DNA from: Nitrospirota bacterium
GTDB taxonomy: Bacteria > Nitrospirota > UBA9217
DNA: 64,000 nt
Reading direction: 5' to 3'
NCBI GenBank assembly: GCA_963790205.1
Contig: CAWBNQ010000001.1
Location: forward strand, 256,001 to 320,000
Shown: positions 50,195-61,009 of the stretch, one piece after another
Numbering within the stretch: position 1 is the first letter of the stretch
Layout of the letters: each line of letters opens with the position of its first letter
The notes under the pieces: model-generated
What the model saw: the letters and a program-made list of their open reading frames with translations, nothing else
Database searches by the model: none
Told to the model about the DNA's origin: nothing
Made by a program: the position numbers and the translations under genes

Positions 50195-50956
50195 ATGGTG
50201 AAAAAACAAAATTGCATTGCCTTTGTCCTGCTGTTGTTCGTGACGGGGAGCTCCGCCCGGGCCGCCGACGGTCCGCTCATCATCTCCGGTTCGACAACCT
50301 TCCAGAAGCGTATTCTTGAACCCGTGCAGGCCGCGCTCGAGAAAAAGACCGGAACGAAGCTGGAGATCAGAGGCGTGGGAACGATCAAGGGCCTCAAGGA
50401 GCTCATTAAGGGCGAGGCCGCGGTTGCCATGGTTTCCGCCCCGCTGGATATTGCTTTCCGGGAATCCGGAGTGCCCGAGGAGGGGACCTACCGGGAGCAC
50501 GTTATTCTAAAAGACATCATCGTCCCCATCGTCCACCCCAGGAATCCCGTGAGATCCCTCTCCTGGGAGCAGCTCGCCGGCATCCTCAGCGGAAAGATCG
50601 TCAACTGGAATACCGTGGGCGGTCCGGACCAGCACATCGTGGTCGTTGTTCCACCCAGGAGTTCGGGCACGCGGACGTTCCTGCAGGAAACGGTGATGAA
50701 CAGCGGCGATTTTGTCGGAAGCGCTTTCGCGGCCGTGACGACTCGGGAAGAGATCGACATCGTCGCGCAGTCGCCCCTCGTCATCGGCGTGCTCTCGGAA
50801 GGGTTCGTCAAAATGAATCCGGGCAAGGTGAAGGTCGTCAAGATCAAGCCCATTATCAGTCAGCTCAGCATCGTCACCAAAGGAGAACCGTCCCGGGAAC
50901 TCCTGGCTGTCATCAACTTCCTGAAATCCGCAGCAGCAAAAAAATATTTCAAATAA
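50195..50956 (+). CDS. PstS-like periplasmic substrate-binding protein (orphan)
   Basis: Signal peptide; ISGSTT, GTIKG, IVHPRNPV, SSGTR. Confidence 0.82.
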   Translation: MVKKQNCIAFVLLLFVTGSSARAADGPLIISGSTTFQKRILEPVQAALEKKTGTKLEIRGVGTIKGLKELIKGEAAVAMVSAPLDIAFRESGVPEEGTYREHVILKDIIVPIVHPRNPVRSLSWEQLAGILSGKIVNWNTVGGPDQHIVVVVPPRSSGTRTFLQETVMNSGDFVGSAFAAVTTREEIDIVAQSPLVIGVLSEGFVKMNPGKVKVVKIKPIISQLSIVTKGEPSRELLAVINFLKSAAAKKYFK

Positions 50957-51839
50957 GAACGGATCTATAGGGTTACCGGTTCAATTGCTGCAGGGAGCTT
51001 CAACAAGGCCCCTAACTCCTGACGCGAAAATACTGGACCGGCCAGGAAGGCTCAGACATCTTAGAATCACCCATTTAAAGGGCACCGTCAAGCGAAAAAA
51101 GCTATCTTGTGGCGAGAAGCAGAACGTTTCTCGCCGAGCCTTTTCGTTATCTTCATCCGTACCATTGCCGCAGTTTCATTCGGTTTCGGAGTCAGTCTTC
51201 ACTGCACCAGTCACCCGTCGGGATTAAGATCATTGGTGAAGCTCTTTATCCATGACCCTTTCCGCCTATGGCGGACCAGAAAATCTTACGCTCCATGCCG
51301 TGTCCAGAAGTTTGTACGAGTCTTAGGGTTGTTAACCAGCCCCAAGGTGGCTCGCGTCGTGGGCAGTAAAGACGCTGATAACGCTATAAAAGGGGGGATG
51401 GATTACCAATCAGGTCTCGTGGTTTTGCCAACCCTAGGAAGGTTCACCGTCCCAGCCAGCCTATGAACTTTCATTGTGTAAAGAGCTTCTCCGGCAGAAA
51501 GGACACTCCATCTCTCATGATGCAGTACGCTGCCCGTGCCAGCTTGTGTGATAAGGCTTGATGCGTTATCATGGCATTAGTCTTTTGTCTCTTGCGCTGG
51601 TAATATGCCTGGCTTCCGGATAATAGCGCCGGGCAATCTCGGCAGCTTTGGAAAAGGCCCAGGCCAGATACTTATTGCCGATTTTCTTGTTCCCTTTGCC
51701 GCTCTTTTTATCGTTGCTGATCCACTTGGTCGAAACTTTCCGGCAGTAGGAACAGTATGAACTGACCCCCTCCGTTTAGACAAATATGTTAGAATGTCGG
51801 ACAGGATCTTCAGCCCCGAGGGGCAGAAAGGATCTTGTC

Positions 51840-52193
51840 ATGAGCAAACAGAGGAAGTTCAGTACCGAATTCAAGCGCCAAGTTGTTGAAGAATACTTGA
51901 GCGGGGTCAGCACTGCGGCCCAGCTCTGCCGGAGACACAGCATTTCCTCCGGGCTTCTGTATCATTGGAGGAAGCAGTTTATCAAAAACAGCTTCGAGGC
52001 CGACTCTGCCAAAGAAGCTGCTTTGGAAGAACGTATCGGCCAGTTGGAGCAGGCGCTCGGAAAAGCTCACCTGGAAAATGAGTTTTTAAAAAAAGCGCTG
52101 CATCAGAGCTTCGATCAGTCCCGAAAAAAAGGCAGTTCATTACCGACCACCGAGACCTTATCAAAACCGTCACGAGGGGGTGCGAACTCATGA
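51840..52193 (+). CDS. IS3 transposase OrfA
   Basis: Identical protein to copy 1. Confidence 0.92.
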   Translation: MSKQRKFSTEFKRQVVEEYLSGVSTAAQLCRRHSISSGLLYHWRKQFIKNSFEADSAKEAALEERIGQLEQALGKAHLENEFLKKALHQSFDQSRKKGSSLPTTETLSKPSRGGANS

Positions 52194-53011
52194 AGCTCCC
52201 TCGAAGCAGCTACTATTATAATTCAAAGAAACAGGAACTGCTCCCTGAGGACCAGGTCCTGGTCAACCGGATCGAGGAAATCACCGAAGAGTTCCCGAAA
52301 GCCGGGTATCGGAAAGTCACTCGTCAGCTGCATCGGGAAGCTGTCCCGGTAAACCACAAAAAAGTGCACCGGATCATGCGGGAAAAGGGCCTTCTGGTCA
52401 AGAAAACCAGGCGCTTCGTCAGAACCACTGACAGCAACCATCCTTATCCCGTATATCCGAACCTGACTAAAGACCTGCGGGTAACCAGCCTCAATCAGGT
52501 ATGGGTTGCCGATATCACCTATATCCGGATCGCAGTCGGCTTCGTATACCTGGCGGTTATTCTGGATCTCTGTTCGCGGAAAGCAATCGGATATGCCATC
52601 TCACGGAATATCGACACGGCATTGAGCCTCTCAGCGCTTCGGATGGCGATCCAGAGCAGAAACCCCCTTCCCGGCGCGATTCACCATTCGGACCGAGGAG
52701 TACAGTATGCAGCTCATGACTACATCGACGAGCTAAAAAGCCATGGTTTCCAGATTAGCATGTCTCGGAGTGGCAATCCGTACGACAACGCCTTCGCCGA
52801 AAGCTTCATGAAAACCGTAAAGACCGAGGAAGTCTATCTCTGGGAATACCGGACCCTGGATGACGTTCTCAGACGGCTTCCATACTTCATCGAGCAAGTG
52901 TATAATCAGGAACGACTACATGCCTCACTGGATTACGTTCCTCCAACTGAATACGAGGCAATGCTGATAAATCAGATTCAAAAAGCACCCTGTCCGATTA
53001 CTCTAAGCTAA
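52190..53011 (+). CDS. IS3 transposase OrfB
   Basis: Identical protein to copy 1; -1 frame open from the A7G run at 52124-52131. Confidence 0.95.
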   Translation: MKLPRSSYYYNSKKQELLPEDQVLVNRIEEITEEFPKAGYRKVTRQLHREAVPVNHKKVHRIMREKGLLVKKTRRFVRTTDSNHPYPVYPNLTKDLRVTSLNQVWVADITYIRIAVGFVYLAVILDLCSRKAIGYAISRNIDTALSLSALRMAIQSRNPLPGAIHHSDRGVQYAAHDYIDELKSHGFQISMSRSGNPYDNAFAESFMKTVKTEEVYLWEYRTLDDVLRRLPYFIEQVYNQERLHASLDYVPPTEYEAMLINQIQKAPCPITLS

Positions 53012-53869
53012 CTGTCCAAACTCAGGGGTGCAGTTCAGTAGTTGCCCACTTGCGCAAAGAGGCTGATCGGGCCGGCCTCAAGCATGATGGTAAGCCCCAG
53101 CGTTTTCCCCACTCCCCGCAGGGTGAGAATATTTTTGTATGGTTCGCGCAGTTCCATTCTCGCTTCGATGGCGTTTTCGACGGCTTTGATCTGGCGTGTC
53201 AGGAAACCTGTGGATTCTTTGCTGATCTTGCCGGCCAATGCCAAGTCTTCGTCCTGATCAAGAAGAGGCGCAACGCGATCCGAATTCAATGCCTTGACAT
53301 CATTCGTCTTGAGCCGGAACCCGTTGTTACGGAAATGATGTTCTGCAAACTGATGATGAGCGAAGTCCTGAGCTTTACGAGATGCCTTCGTTTGCGCAGC
53401 AAGTCGCGGATCGGTCGATCTTCTTTCGGATAAATGTAGCCTTCGGCAGGATCCTGAGCCGCAGCATCTCGGCCGGCCAGAAAGCATCGTGCTGATCGTC
53501 TTTATACTTGAGCTCCACAGGGTTTGCGAGATGCACTTTGTATCCTTCCGCCATGAGTGCATCCACCAACCGGTACCAGTTGTACGTGGACTCGATGACG
53601 ATGCCAATAATCGCATCTTTGCATGGTGCGAGGGCCAACAGAATTTGTTCCGGATCATTCAGCGACTTTTTCTTAAATACCTGCTTACCAGTTTCATCGA
53701 TGATCGCCAGATAACTGTTGCTTGAATGTCAATCAATTCCTGTGTACAATCTCATAAAGCACCTCCTGGGTTAAGATTGGCCTCTTTCTCTTCTACTGTC
53801 CAGCCATACCGCGGTGCTGTTTATCGTATAATCTTCTGACCCTTAATCTTCCAATTCCCGGAGCGAGAG

Positions 53870-55189
53870 ATGCGCGACGTGATAGCCGTAACCCCGAACA
53901 TGACCAAAAGCCGGAGACATCCCCCCGGGCTGTATGTCCTCTTTTTTACGGAAATGTGGGAGCGGTTTTCCTACTACGGGATGCGGTCATTGCTGGTCTA
54001 CTACATGATCAAGCACCTGCAGTTCACGCAGGAACGGTCGTCCGAGATCTACGGGCTCTATACCGGGTTTGTCTACTTCACTCCGCTCTTCGGCGGCATG
54101 CTCGCGGACCGGCTCCTGGGGCAGCGTAAAACGGTGATCGTGGGAGGGGTGCTCATGGCCATCGGGCACTTCCTGATGGCTGTTGAAAGCCTGTTCTTCC
54201 CGGCGCTCGTCTTCCTGATCCTTGGGAACGGCGCGTTCAAGCCGAATATCTCAACGCAGGTCGGGGCGCTTTACCCTCCTGGCGACCATCGCCGCGACCG
54301 CGCGTTCAGCCTGTTCTACATGGGCATCAATCTCGGCGCGTTCTTTTCGCCGCTCGTGTGCGGGACGCTGGGCGAGAAGGTCGGGTACCACTGGGGCTTT
54401 GCAGCAGCCGGCGTCGGCATGGTGATCGGGCTTCTTGTTTATCTCAGGGGCCAGAAGCACCTGGCCCCTGATCTCATTATGCAGAAAAAGGGATCCAAAA
54501 CACAGAAGTCCTCGGAGCCGATGACGCGCGAGGACTGGCTCAAGATCGGCGCGATCTTCGTCATGATGGCCCTCTCCATCGTTTTCTGGAGCGTGTACGA
54601 GCAGCAGGGCAACACCATGGCGCTCTGGGCGGACGCCAATACCGACCGGATGATCCTGGGCTTTGAGATGCCTGCCTCATGGTTCCAGGCGTTCAATCCG
54701 CTCATGATCTTCATGTTCGTTCCCTTGCTGAACCTGTTCTGGAGTTGGCAGGACCGCCGCGGAAAAGAACCTTCGAGCATCGCCAAGATGGGGATCGGCT
54801 GTATGTTGCTTGCCGCGGCCTTCCTGGTCCTGATCCCGCCGGCCCGTGAACTGGCAGTGAATCCGAAGGCGAGCCTCTGGTGGCTTACCGCCTGCACGTT
54901 CGTGCTCACGCTGGGCGAGATCTATCTTTCCCCCATCGGCCTCTCGCTGGTGACCAGGATCGCTCCTGTCCGGATCGTCTCCATGATGATGGGCGTCTGG
55001 TTCCTCTCGAGCTTTTTCGGCAACTTCCTGTCGGGATATCTGGGGACGTTCTGGGAGAAAATGCCCAAGGAGAATTTCTTCCTGCTGATGTTCACCCTGT
55101 CCTTTGCCGCGGGCCTGGCGTTCTTTGTCCTGCTTACGCCGCTCAAAAAAGCGATCGGCTACGACGAACAGGCCGCAGCTGACGTGTGA
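53870..55189 (+). CDS. POT/PTR-family peptide MFS transporter
   Basis: EMWERFSYYGMR, FKPNIST, FYMGINLG, GEIYLSP. Confidence 0.95.
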   Translation: MRDVIAVTPNMTKSRRHPPGLYVLFFTEMWERFSYYGMRSLLVYYMIKHLQFTQERSSEIYGLYTGFVYFTPLFGGMLADRLLGQRKTVIVGGVLMAIGHFLMAVESLFFPALVFLILGNGAFKPNISTQVGALYPPGDHRRDRAFSLFYMGINLGAFFSPLVCGTLGEKVGYHWGFAAAGVGMVIGLLVYLRGQKHLAPDLIMQKKGSKTQKSSEPMTREDWLKIGAIFVMMALSIVFWSVYEQQGNTMALWADANTDRMILGFEMPASWFQAFNPLMIFMFVPLLNLFWSWQDRRGKEPSSIAKMGIGCMLLAAAFLVLIPPARELAVNPKASLWWLTACTFVLTLGEIYLSPIGLSLVTRIAPVRIVSMMMGVWFLSSFFGNFLSGYLGTFWEKMPKENFFLLMFTLSFAAGLAFFVLLTPLKKAIGYDEQAAADV

Positions 55190-55196
55190 TAGAAGC

Positions 55197-56142
55197 TCAA
55201 ATCCTTTGTTTCCCCGGCAGCAGTGCAAATAGCCTTGTAATGAGCTCGGGCAGTATGGTCATGCCCAGCTTTGTCAGCTCCTGGCGCAGGAACGCGAGCC
55301 ATTCGATGTAGTACCTGACCGGGAAAGTTCGATTGGCGACGATCACTGTGATCAAAACGAGCGCGAGTGCAAAGATCCTGCCGAGGAAGGGAAAAGCGCC
55401 CTTTACCAGCCCCTTGGTCCCGCGCCGGTTGTTCGCGGCCTTGATCCGCTCCCAGAGCGGCTCTTTTCTATAGTCATCGAGGCTGACGCGCAGCGCATCA
55501 TAGGCGCCGAACAGCCAGAGAAAGGGGACCAGCGGCGCGTACAGCGCGGTCATTGCAAAGCCCCCTTCCACAATGGAGCGGGCATCCGAAGCTTCGAGAG
55601 AGGGCCAGAGCAGCAGGGTGCGGGGATCGAGACGATTGCGAAGAAGGCGAACACGGACACTGCGGAAAAGAAGGCGCCCTTGACCGGCTGGCCGTTCAGG
55701 AACTGGCCCCAACCCGGAACAAGCAGGGAGCAGAGGCTAAGGATAGACATGGTTCTGTATCCCGGGAACCGGGTCGCTCTCGAGCGGGCCGCCGTGCGGT
55801 AAGCATCGCCCGCAATGGAGCTTCAGAAGGCCAGTATGGTGAAGAACAGGAGCTCGGCGGACAGGAAGGATCGGGAAGAGGGGGTCTGGCGGGCTCGCAG
55901 GAAAAGAAGCAGCTGATCGCTGAATATCACGGCAGCAACGCTCCCGACGAACAGCGCGACCAGCAGCACTTGGAAGACGAGGGCCTTGCCGTGCTCTCGT
56001 TGTAGCTCTGCCCGGCCCCCCCCCACCAGCAGGGACAGGGTATAGGCCCGTGCGGGGCTTCTCTCGATGCGGGGAACCGCTGCCCGGTCTTTCGGGGTTT
56101 CAGGTACTCGTCGGGGTCCTTTATCTCCCAGACCTTGTCCAT
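55197..56142 (-). pseudogene. Multi-frameshifted membrane protein with two SLLVxGxGQxxN repeats
   Basis: Four overlapping ORF fragments in different frames; GGAG RBS before the ATG at 56142. Confidence 0.6.
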
Positions 56143-56390
56143 GCTCTTCTCCGGTTCTTATTATATTAGGGAGTTATGCAGGAAGTCAGTCAGGCATGAG
56201 AAATAATAAAATTTGTTTTCAGCGAACAATATGGTTTGTCCATTTCTGATCATCCTGTTTGGGCCGGACAAGGGCTCTTCAGGCGGGACGATCGGTCCGA
56301 GGCTTCTGAGATCCCTGACACGCCGCGCCTGTCTTCGTATATACTTAAAGCGTCAAGCTCTCTACTTCTCTACTCTTGATGGAGGTTTGT

Positions 56391-56771
56391 ATGAAAACCC
56401 TGTCCAAGTTTCTCGTGTTGTGTCTCGTCCTCGGTCTCGTCGGCTGCACGACGGTGGCTGCCTTCAAACTCCCCCCGGGGACGGAGATGAAGGTCATGAA
56501 CCGGGAAACCGACTTCAAATCCGGTACGGTCGAGACGTCCCCCTTCCCCTGGAAAGCGACGGCCGGGATAGACTACGAGCTTCTGAGAAGGGGCAAGGTC
56601 GTCAAGTCGGGAAAACTACCTGCCAAGTTCAGGGTCGTATCGATATTCTGGCCGCCCATTTACGCCATCATCGCCTGGCCCATGGGGTTCCAGTATGAGT
56701 GTTACGACCTGACCCGAGGGGAACCGCGGGAATGTCCCGCCCTCGCGCCGGCGAGGAAGAAGCAGAAGTGA
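56391..56771 (+). CDS. Hypothetical lipoprotein
   Basis: GGAGG RBS, lipobox LVGC. Confidence 0.75.
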   Translation: MKTLSKFLVLCLVLGLVGCTTVAAFKLPPGTEMKVMNRETDFKSGTVETSPFPWKATAGIDYELLRRGKVVKSGKLPAKFRVVSIFWPPIYAIIAWPMGFQYECYDLTRGEPRECPALAPARKKQK

Positions 56772-56863
56772 CCGCGACGGCCCGCGCGCTGCTCGAGCGG
56801 AATCGGAGCGGTTCAGGGAAGCGATTGATTCAGGACCACGCGGAGCCGACAGGCGTAAAGAGC

Positions 56864-57073
56864 ATGATCGAGTTCAAGCTGGAAGCCAGGGAATATATCG
56901 AGCTCAACGACCTCTTGAAGGTCACGGGGCTGTTCGCCAGCGGCGGCATGGCAAAGACGGCGATCTCGGAAGGCCGCGTCACGATCGACGGACGTCCTGA
57001 ACTGCGCAGGCGATGCAAGGTCCGAAGGGGTCATGTGGTGGGCCTTGAAGGTCGTACGGTCGCTGTTACGTGA
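56864..57073 (+). CDS. S4-domain RNA-binding protein (YbcJ/YaaA-like)
   Basis: YIELNDLLK..G...SGG.AK..I.EG.V..DG..E.RRR.K. Confidence 0.88.
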   Translation: MIEFKLEAREYIELNDLLKVTGLFASGGMAKTAISEGRVTIDGRPELRRRCKVRRGHVVGLEGRTVAVT

Positions 57074-57199
57074 TCATCAGCTTAAACCTCCCTGGCCCCA
57101 AGTCCCCTCCCGCTTGACTTCGCCTCTCCCGCCTGCTACCTTATTCTGCAGAGCCTGCAGGAATGTTCCCGCATCCCGCGGCGAAGGCATTCCAAGGCC

Positions 57200-58534
57200 A
57201 TGGGGCGTCAGGAATCCATGTTCACGCCGGTCCTGCTGCTGAAATACATCGAACATCAACTCAACGGCTTCCGGCCCGCGGAATCGCTGGAGGTCCTCCG
57301 CCTCCGGAAGTTCCGGAGGCTCGCATCGTTCGTGAAGGAGCGTTCGCCTTACTACGCCCGCCTGATCCGAGAGAACGATATCGACCCCCGCAACTGCGTG
57401 CCGGAAGACTTCCCGGTACTGACCAAGCGGATGCTCATGGAGCATTTCGACGAGATCGTGACCGCGCCGGGGATCAGCAAAGAGGGAATAGCCGGGTTCC
57501 TGTCCCGGTCGCGGGACCCCCGGGAGCGCTACCGGGGCAACATAGTGCTCCACACCTCGGGCTCGTCGGGAGAGCTCGGCTATTTCGTCTATTCGCCGGC
57601 TGACTGGGCGCGGGGCATCGTGCAGTTCTCCCGCGGTCATCCCCATTCTCCGCGAAGAAGAAAGGCCGCCTACTTTGGCGCGGTCCAGGGCCACTTTGCC
57701 GGCGTCACGCAGTTCCTCACCATGGAACGATCGTTCCTTCGGCTCCTGTACCGCGTCCGCTGCTTCGACATCAACGATCCGCTCAGGGGGGCGATCGACG
57801 GCCTGAATGAATTCCAGCCCGATATCCTGACCGGCTATCCCTCGGGCCTGCTCATGCTCGCCAGGAAGCAGCTCTCCGGCGAGCTCAGGATCAGGCCGTC
57901 ATCGTGCGAGTTTGGCGGCGAACCGCTCGCGGCCGCGGACCGGCAGGTGATCGAGGCGGCATTCGGTGTTTCGGTCCTGAACTTCTATGCCAGCACCGAG
58001 CACCTGCTCATGGCCGCAGGCCGATCGGGCTTCCGCACCATGGTCCTCTGCGAGGATGACCTCATTTTTGAGCCGCACGATGACCATACCTGCGTGACGA
58101 ACCTCTTCAACAGGACGCTGCCGCTGATCCGGTACCGCATGGAGGACGTGCTCCGACTCCTGCCGGACCAGGGCAGAGGCTCTCCCTGCCAGACCATCGG
58201 GGACGTGGTCGGCAGGATGGAGGAGGCGCCGCTGTTCCTGAACCGTCACGGAGCTGAGGACTTCATCAATCCGCTCGTCCTCGTCGAGTTCCACGCGCGG
58301 CACCTGAAAAGATTCCAGGTCCGGGTCACCGGCCCGGCGTCCTTCCGGTTCCGCGCGGTGCTGGAGGAAGGTCTCGCTCCTTTGATGCGGGACGCAGTCT
58401 TCCGCGAGATCGAGAAGGGGCTTCAGGACATTCTCCGCCAGAAAGAGATGGAGAATGTTCGCTTCGAAATCGAAGAAGTGGACGATCTCCCGGTGGACCC
58501 GCGGACGGGAAAGTTCAAGCTTATTACGCGATGA
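57200..58534 (+). CDS. Phenylacetate-CoA ligase (PaaK/CapK)-like adenylate-forming enzyme
   Basis: HTSGSSG, GYPS, GGEPL, YASTE, PLIRY, TGKFK. Confidence 0.85.
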   Translation: MGRQESMFTPVLLLKYIEHQLNGFRPAESLEVLRLRKFRRLASFVKERSPYYARLIRENDIDPRNCVPEDFPVLTKRMLMEHFDEIVTAPGISKEGIAGFLSRSRDPRERYRGNIVLHTSGSSGELGYFVYSPADWARGIVQFSRGHPHSPRRRKAAYFGAVQGHFAGVTQFLTMERSFLRLLYRVRCFDINDPLRGAIDGLNEFQPDILTGYPSGLLMLARKQLSGELRIRPSSCEFGGEPLAAADRQVIEAAFGVSVLNFYASTEHLLMAAGRSGFRTMVLCEDDLIFEPHDDHTCVTNLFNRTLPLIRYRMEDVLRLLPDQGRGSPCQTIGDVVGRMEEAPLFLNRHGAEDFINPLVLVEFHARHLKRFQVRVTGPASFRFRAVLEEGLAPLMRDAVFREIEKGLQDILRQKEMENVRFEIEEVDDLPVDPRTGKFKLITR

Positions 58535-59284
58535 TCGACAGTAAGCATCTTAGGGTTAAGGTTGGCATCTTTTCCCAAGAACATACCAGAATTAATTAGA
58601 TTCTGGCATGCTCTTGAGGTGCCCTTTATATGGTTATACAGGTCTTTAATGTTTGACTGTACGCTTCACTCTGATATTCTCGACTATAAGCAAGTTCAGG
58701 GTTCAGTTATCAGTCGGCAGTCGATAAAGGAGTCGAAGAGACATCAGCCTTCATCCATCAATGAAGCACACCCTTTCCCTGGCTGTTACCGTACAGGCTC
58801 AAAAAAAGACACGGTTGTATGGTAACCCCTCGTCCTTTTTCAGCTCAAAAATAATCTTCAGAACTGCCCGGATAAGAAATCTTCCGTTCTGAACAAGCCT
58901 CAGGACAATTTTTTAACGAGAGGTCTCTTAAGCGCGAATGTCCTCGCCTCGAATGCCGCGATTCGTCAATACCCCCGCAGTTCCCGGCTGTGGTGACAGC
59001 CCTTCCCTGTGGTGCTATAGTTTTTAAAAATAGGACAATATTTATCCTGATAAGGGGCTTGGTATCGGCATGCCAGGCCGAGGGTGCAAATATACGATTA
59101 AAAAATTTAAAAAGGAAACGTTCCTTCTGCTCTCCCTGGAGGGTGCGGGACGCTTACCAACGTAGAGGCCAGCCGATAATCGGAAGGAGACGAGAGGCGT
59201 TGTATTAAAGAAGACGGGGGCTTTTATCGGTTTGGAGAATAGGCTTGATCAAAACATCGCGTCCTCAATCGGAGTAGAGGGACA

Positions 59285-59425
59285 TCATTTCAAGGTTATA
59301 CTGGCAAGGTCTTCGGAAATTTTATTTTTCGCGATATAAGATTCAATCTCGCCCTGATGGTCGCTGTAGTAGCTCAGCGAGTCAAACACCCGTTGACCAT
59401 CCGCATATGCGTTATTCAGTCCGGG
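59285..59425 (-). pseudogene. DUF433-like antitoxin C-terminal relic
   Basis: Manual translation gives ...VFDSLSYYSDHQGEIESYIAKNKI...*; no intact 5' end. Confidence 0.5.
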
Positions 59426-59607
59426 ACAAATACTCATTGAAGTTTCCGTTTAGCCATATCGTACAGGTCCGCGGCCCTTGCCGCAGCAGACCCTGCAGAC
59501 CCTGCGGTGTCCGCGGCATGCGGACCTCTATACCACCTATATACCAGTTGACATTGACTTTTATAAAATGTTAATATCAACATAAATTTGGCGTACGGGG
59601 AGCCCAG

Positions 59608-60900
59608 GTGGCAGGGGAAAAAATACTGAACATAGATGACAGCCCGACCGTCCAGCGGCTGATCGAGATGATCCTCTCGTCGCAGGGCTATCAGGTCCTC
59701 CTTGCCTCGGACGGCGAGGCGGGCATCGCCAAGGCCAGGGCGGAAAAGCCTGCAGTCATTCTCGTGGACTTCGTCATGCCAAAGATGAACGGCTTCCAGG
59801 TCTGCAAGACCCTTAAGGAAGACCCGGAATTCAAGGACACCCCCATCATCCTGGTGACCTCCAAAGGCGATACGATCGGCAGCAAGTTTGTCGACGTCCT
59901 CGGCATTACCGAATACTTCACCAAGCCTTTTCAGCCGGAAGAGCTTCTCGCCAAGATACGGGAAGTCATAGACAAAAAACCGGCCTCTGCGCCATCCCCT
60001 CCCGGGATCGAGTCCGGCAAACCTGCCGCAATGCCGGTGCCTTCAGCGCTGCCGTCCGGACTGGAGAACATGGTCCGGCAGCTCGTGGAAAAGGCGCTTG
60101 ACGAATTCATCCATACATCACTTCCGGAATTGATCCGGCGGGAGCTCGCCCAGGCCCCGCCGTCGTCCCAGGCCCCGCCGCCGACCCGGGCAGGCATCCA
60201 GGGCAATCTTTCCAGCTGCCGGATCGTCGAAGTAATGCAGATGCTCGGGCTCCAGCGTCAGACCGGCAGGCTCGCCCTCTCCCGGAGCGGCGACGGCGCT
60301 GACATTTATTTTCGCGACGGCGCGGTCGTCTGCGCAACGTCAGCCCGTAACGGCGGCAAGCTCGACGTCGCGGGACTGCTCAAGAAGACGTGCAGGCTCG
60401 AGGAAGACAGCATCCGGCACGTACTGCGCATTGCCGAAATGACCGGGCAGCCGATCGACACCATCCTTGCCCAGGAAAGGATGGTCGACACCCGGACGTT
60501 CTCGAAGAACCTCAGACGTCACACCGAATCAGCCGTTTATAAAACCATGGCGTGGCGGGACGGGGATTTTTTCTTCGAAAAGACGGCGCCGCCGGTCTTT
60601 GAGATGCCGTTGCAGATCAAGGTGGACGACCTTCTCCTGGAGGGCGCGCGGCGGGCCGATGAATGGACCCTGATCGAGCAGAAGATCCCCACTTTCGACC
60701 TGGTGTTCGAACCCATGATCGGAAACGCCGAAGAGCTCACGACACGCGGCATGAGCGACATCGACCTCAAGGTTTTCTCGCTCATCGACGGCAGGCGCAC
60801 GGTCCAGGACATTATCGATGATGCCTGTCTGGGCGACTTCGACGTGGCGAAGAGCATGTTTATCCTGCTGTCGGTCAATCTGATACGGATAAAAAAATAG
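59608..60900 (+). CDS. Response regulator with DUF4388 (PatA-N-like) domain
   Basis: IDDS...VDFVMP...KPF receiver; IQGNL...MQML...TGRL...IYFRDG, W.DG.F.F, LLLEGARRADEW. Confidence 0.88.
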   Translation: MAGEKILNIDDSPTVQRLIEMILSSQGYQVLLASDGEAGIAKARAEKPAVILVDFVMPKMNGFQVCKTLKEDPEFKDTPIILVTSKGDTIGSKFVDVLGITEYFTKPFQPEELLAKIREVIDKKPASAPSPPGIESGKPAAMPVPSALPSGLENMVRQLVEKALDEFIHTSLPELIRRELAQAPPSSQAPPPTRAGIQGNLSSCRIVEVMQMLGLQRQTGRLALSRSGDGADIYFRDGAVVCATSARNGGKLDVAGLLKKTCRLEEDSIRHVLRIAEMTGQPIDTILAQERMVDTRTFSKNLRRHTESAVYKTMAWRDGDFFFEKTAPPVFEMPLQIKVDDLLLEGARRADEWTLIEQKIPTFDLVFEPMIGNAEELTTRGMSDIDLKVFSLIDGRRTVQDIIDDACLGDFDVAKSMFILLSVNLIRIKK

Positions 60901-61009
60901 GACCCGCGGAAGAGCCCGAACCCGCAGGAATCAAAAGGAAAACTTGACAGTACAAAAGAAATATGTTAATTTCCGTCTATTCATTGCACCGTGAAAAAAG
61001 GAGAAAACA

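Larger units (their letters stand above)
51758..53037 (+). mobile_element. IS3-family element, copy 2 (1280 bp, TSD GTA)
   Basis: Same IRs as copy 1; GTA at 51755-51757 and 53038-53040. Confidence 0.95.
51471..53755 (-). pseudogene. IS110 transposase pseudogene (frameshifted, IS3-split)
   Basis: MRLYTGID..., IESTYNWY, HLANP, KDDQHDA, RGVGKTLG before the IS3; SYCRKV...GNKYLAWAF after it. Confidence 0.85.
51066..53840 (-). mobile_element. Decayed IS110 element interrupted by IS3 copy 2
   Basis: Transposase relic, about 400-bp 3' non-coding end, and left end near 53830. Confidence 0.7.

Noticed and set aside
38672..53037. Composite transposon bounded by the two IS3 copies
   Set aside because: Each copy has its own distinct TSD (GGG, GTA) and interrupts a different gene.
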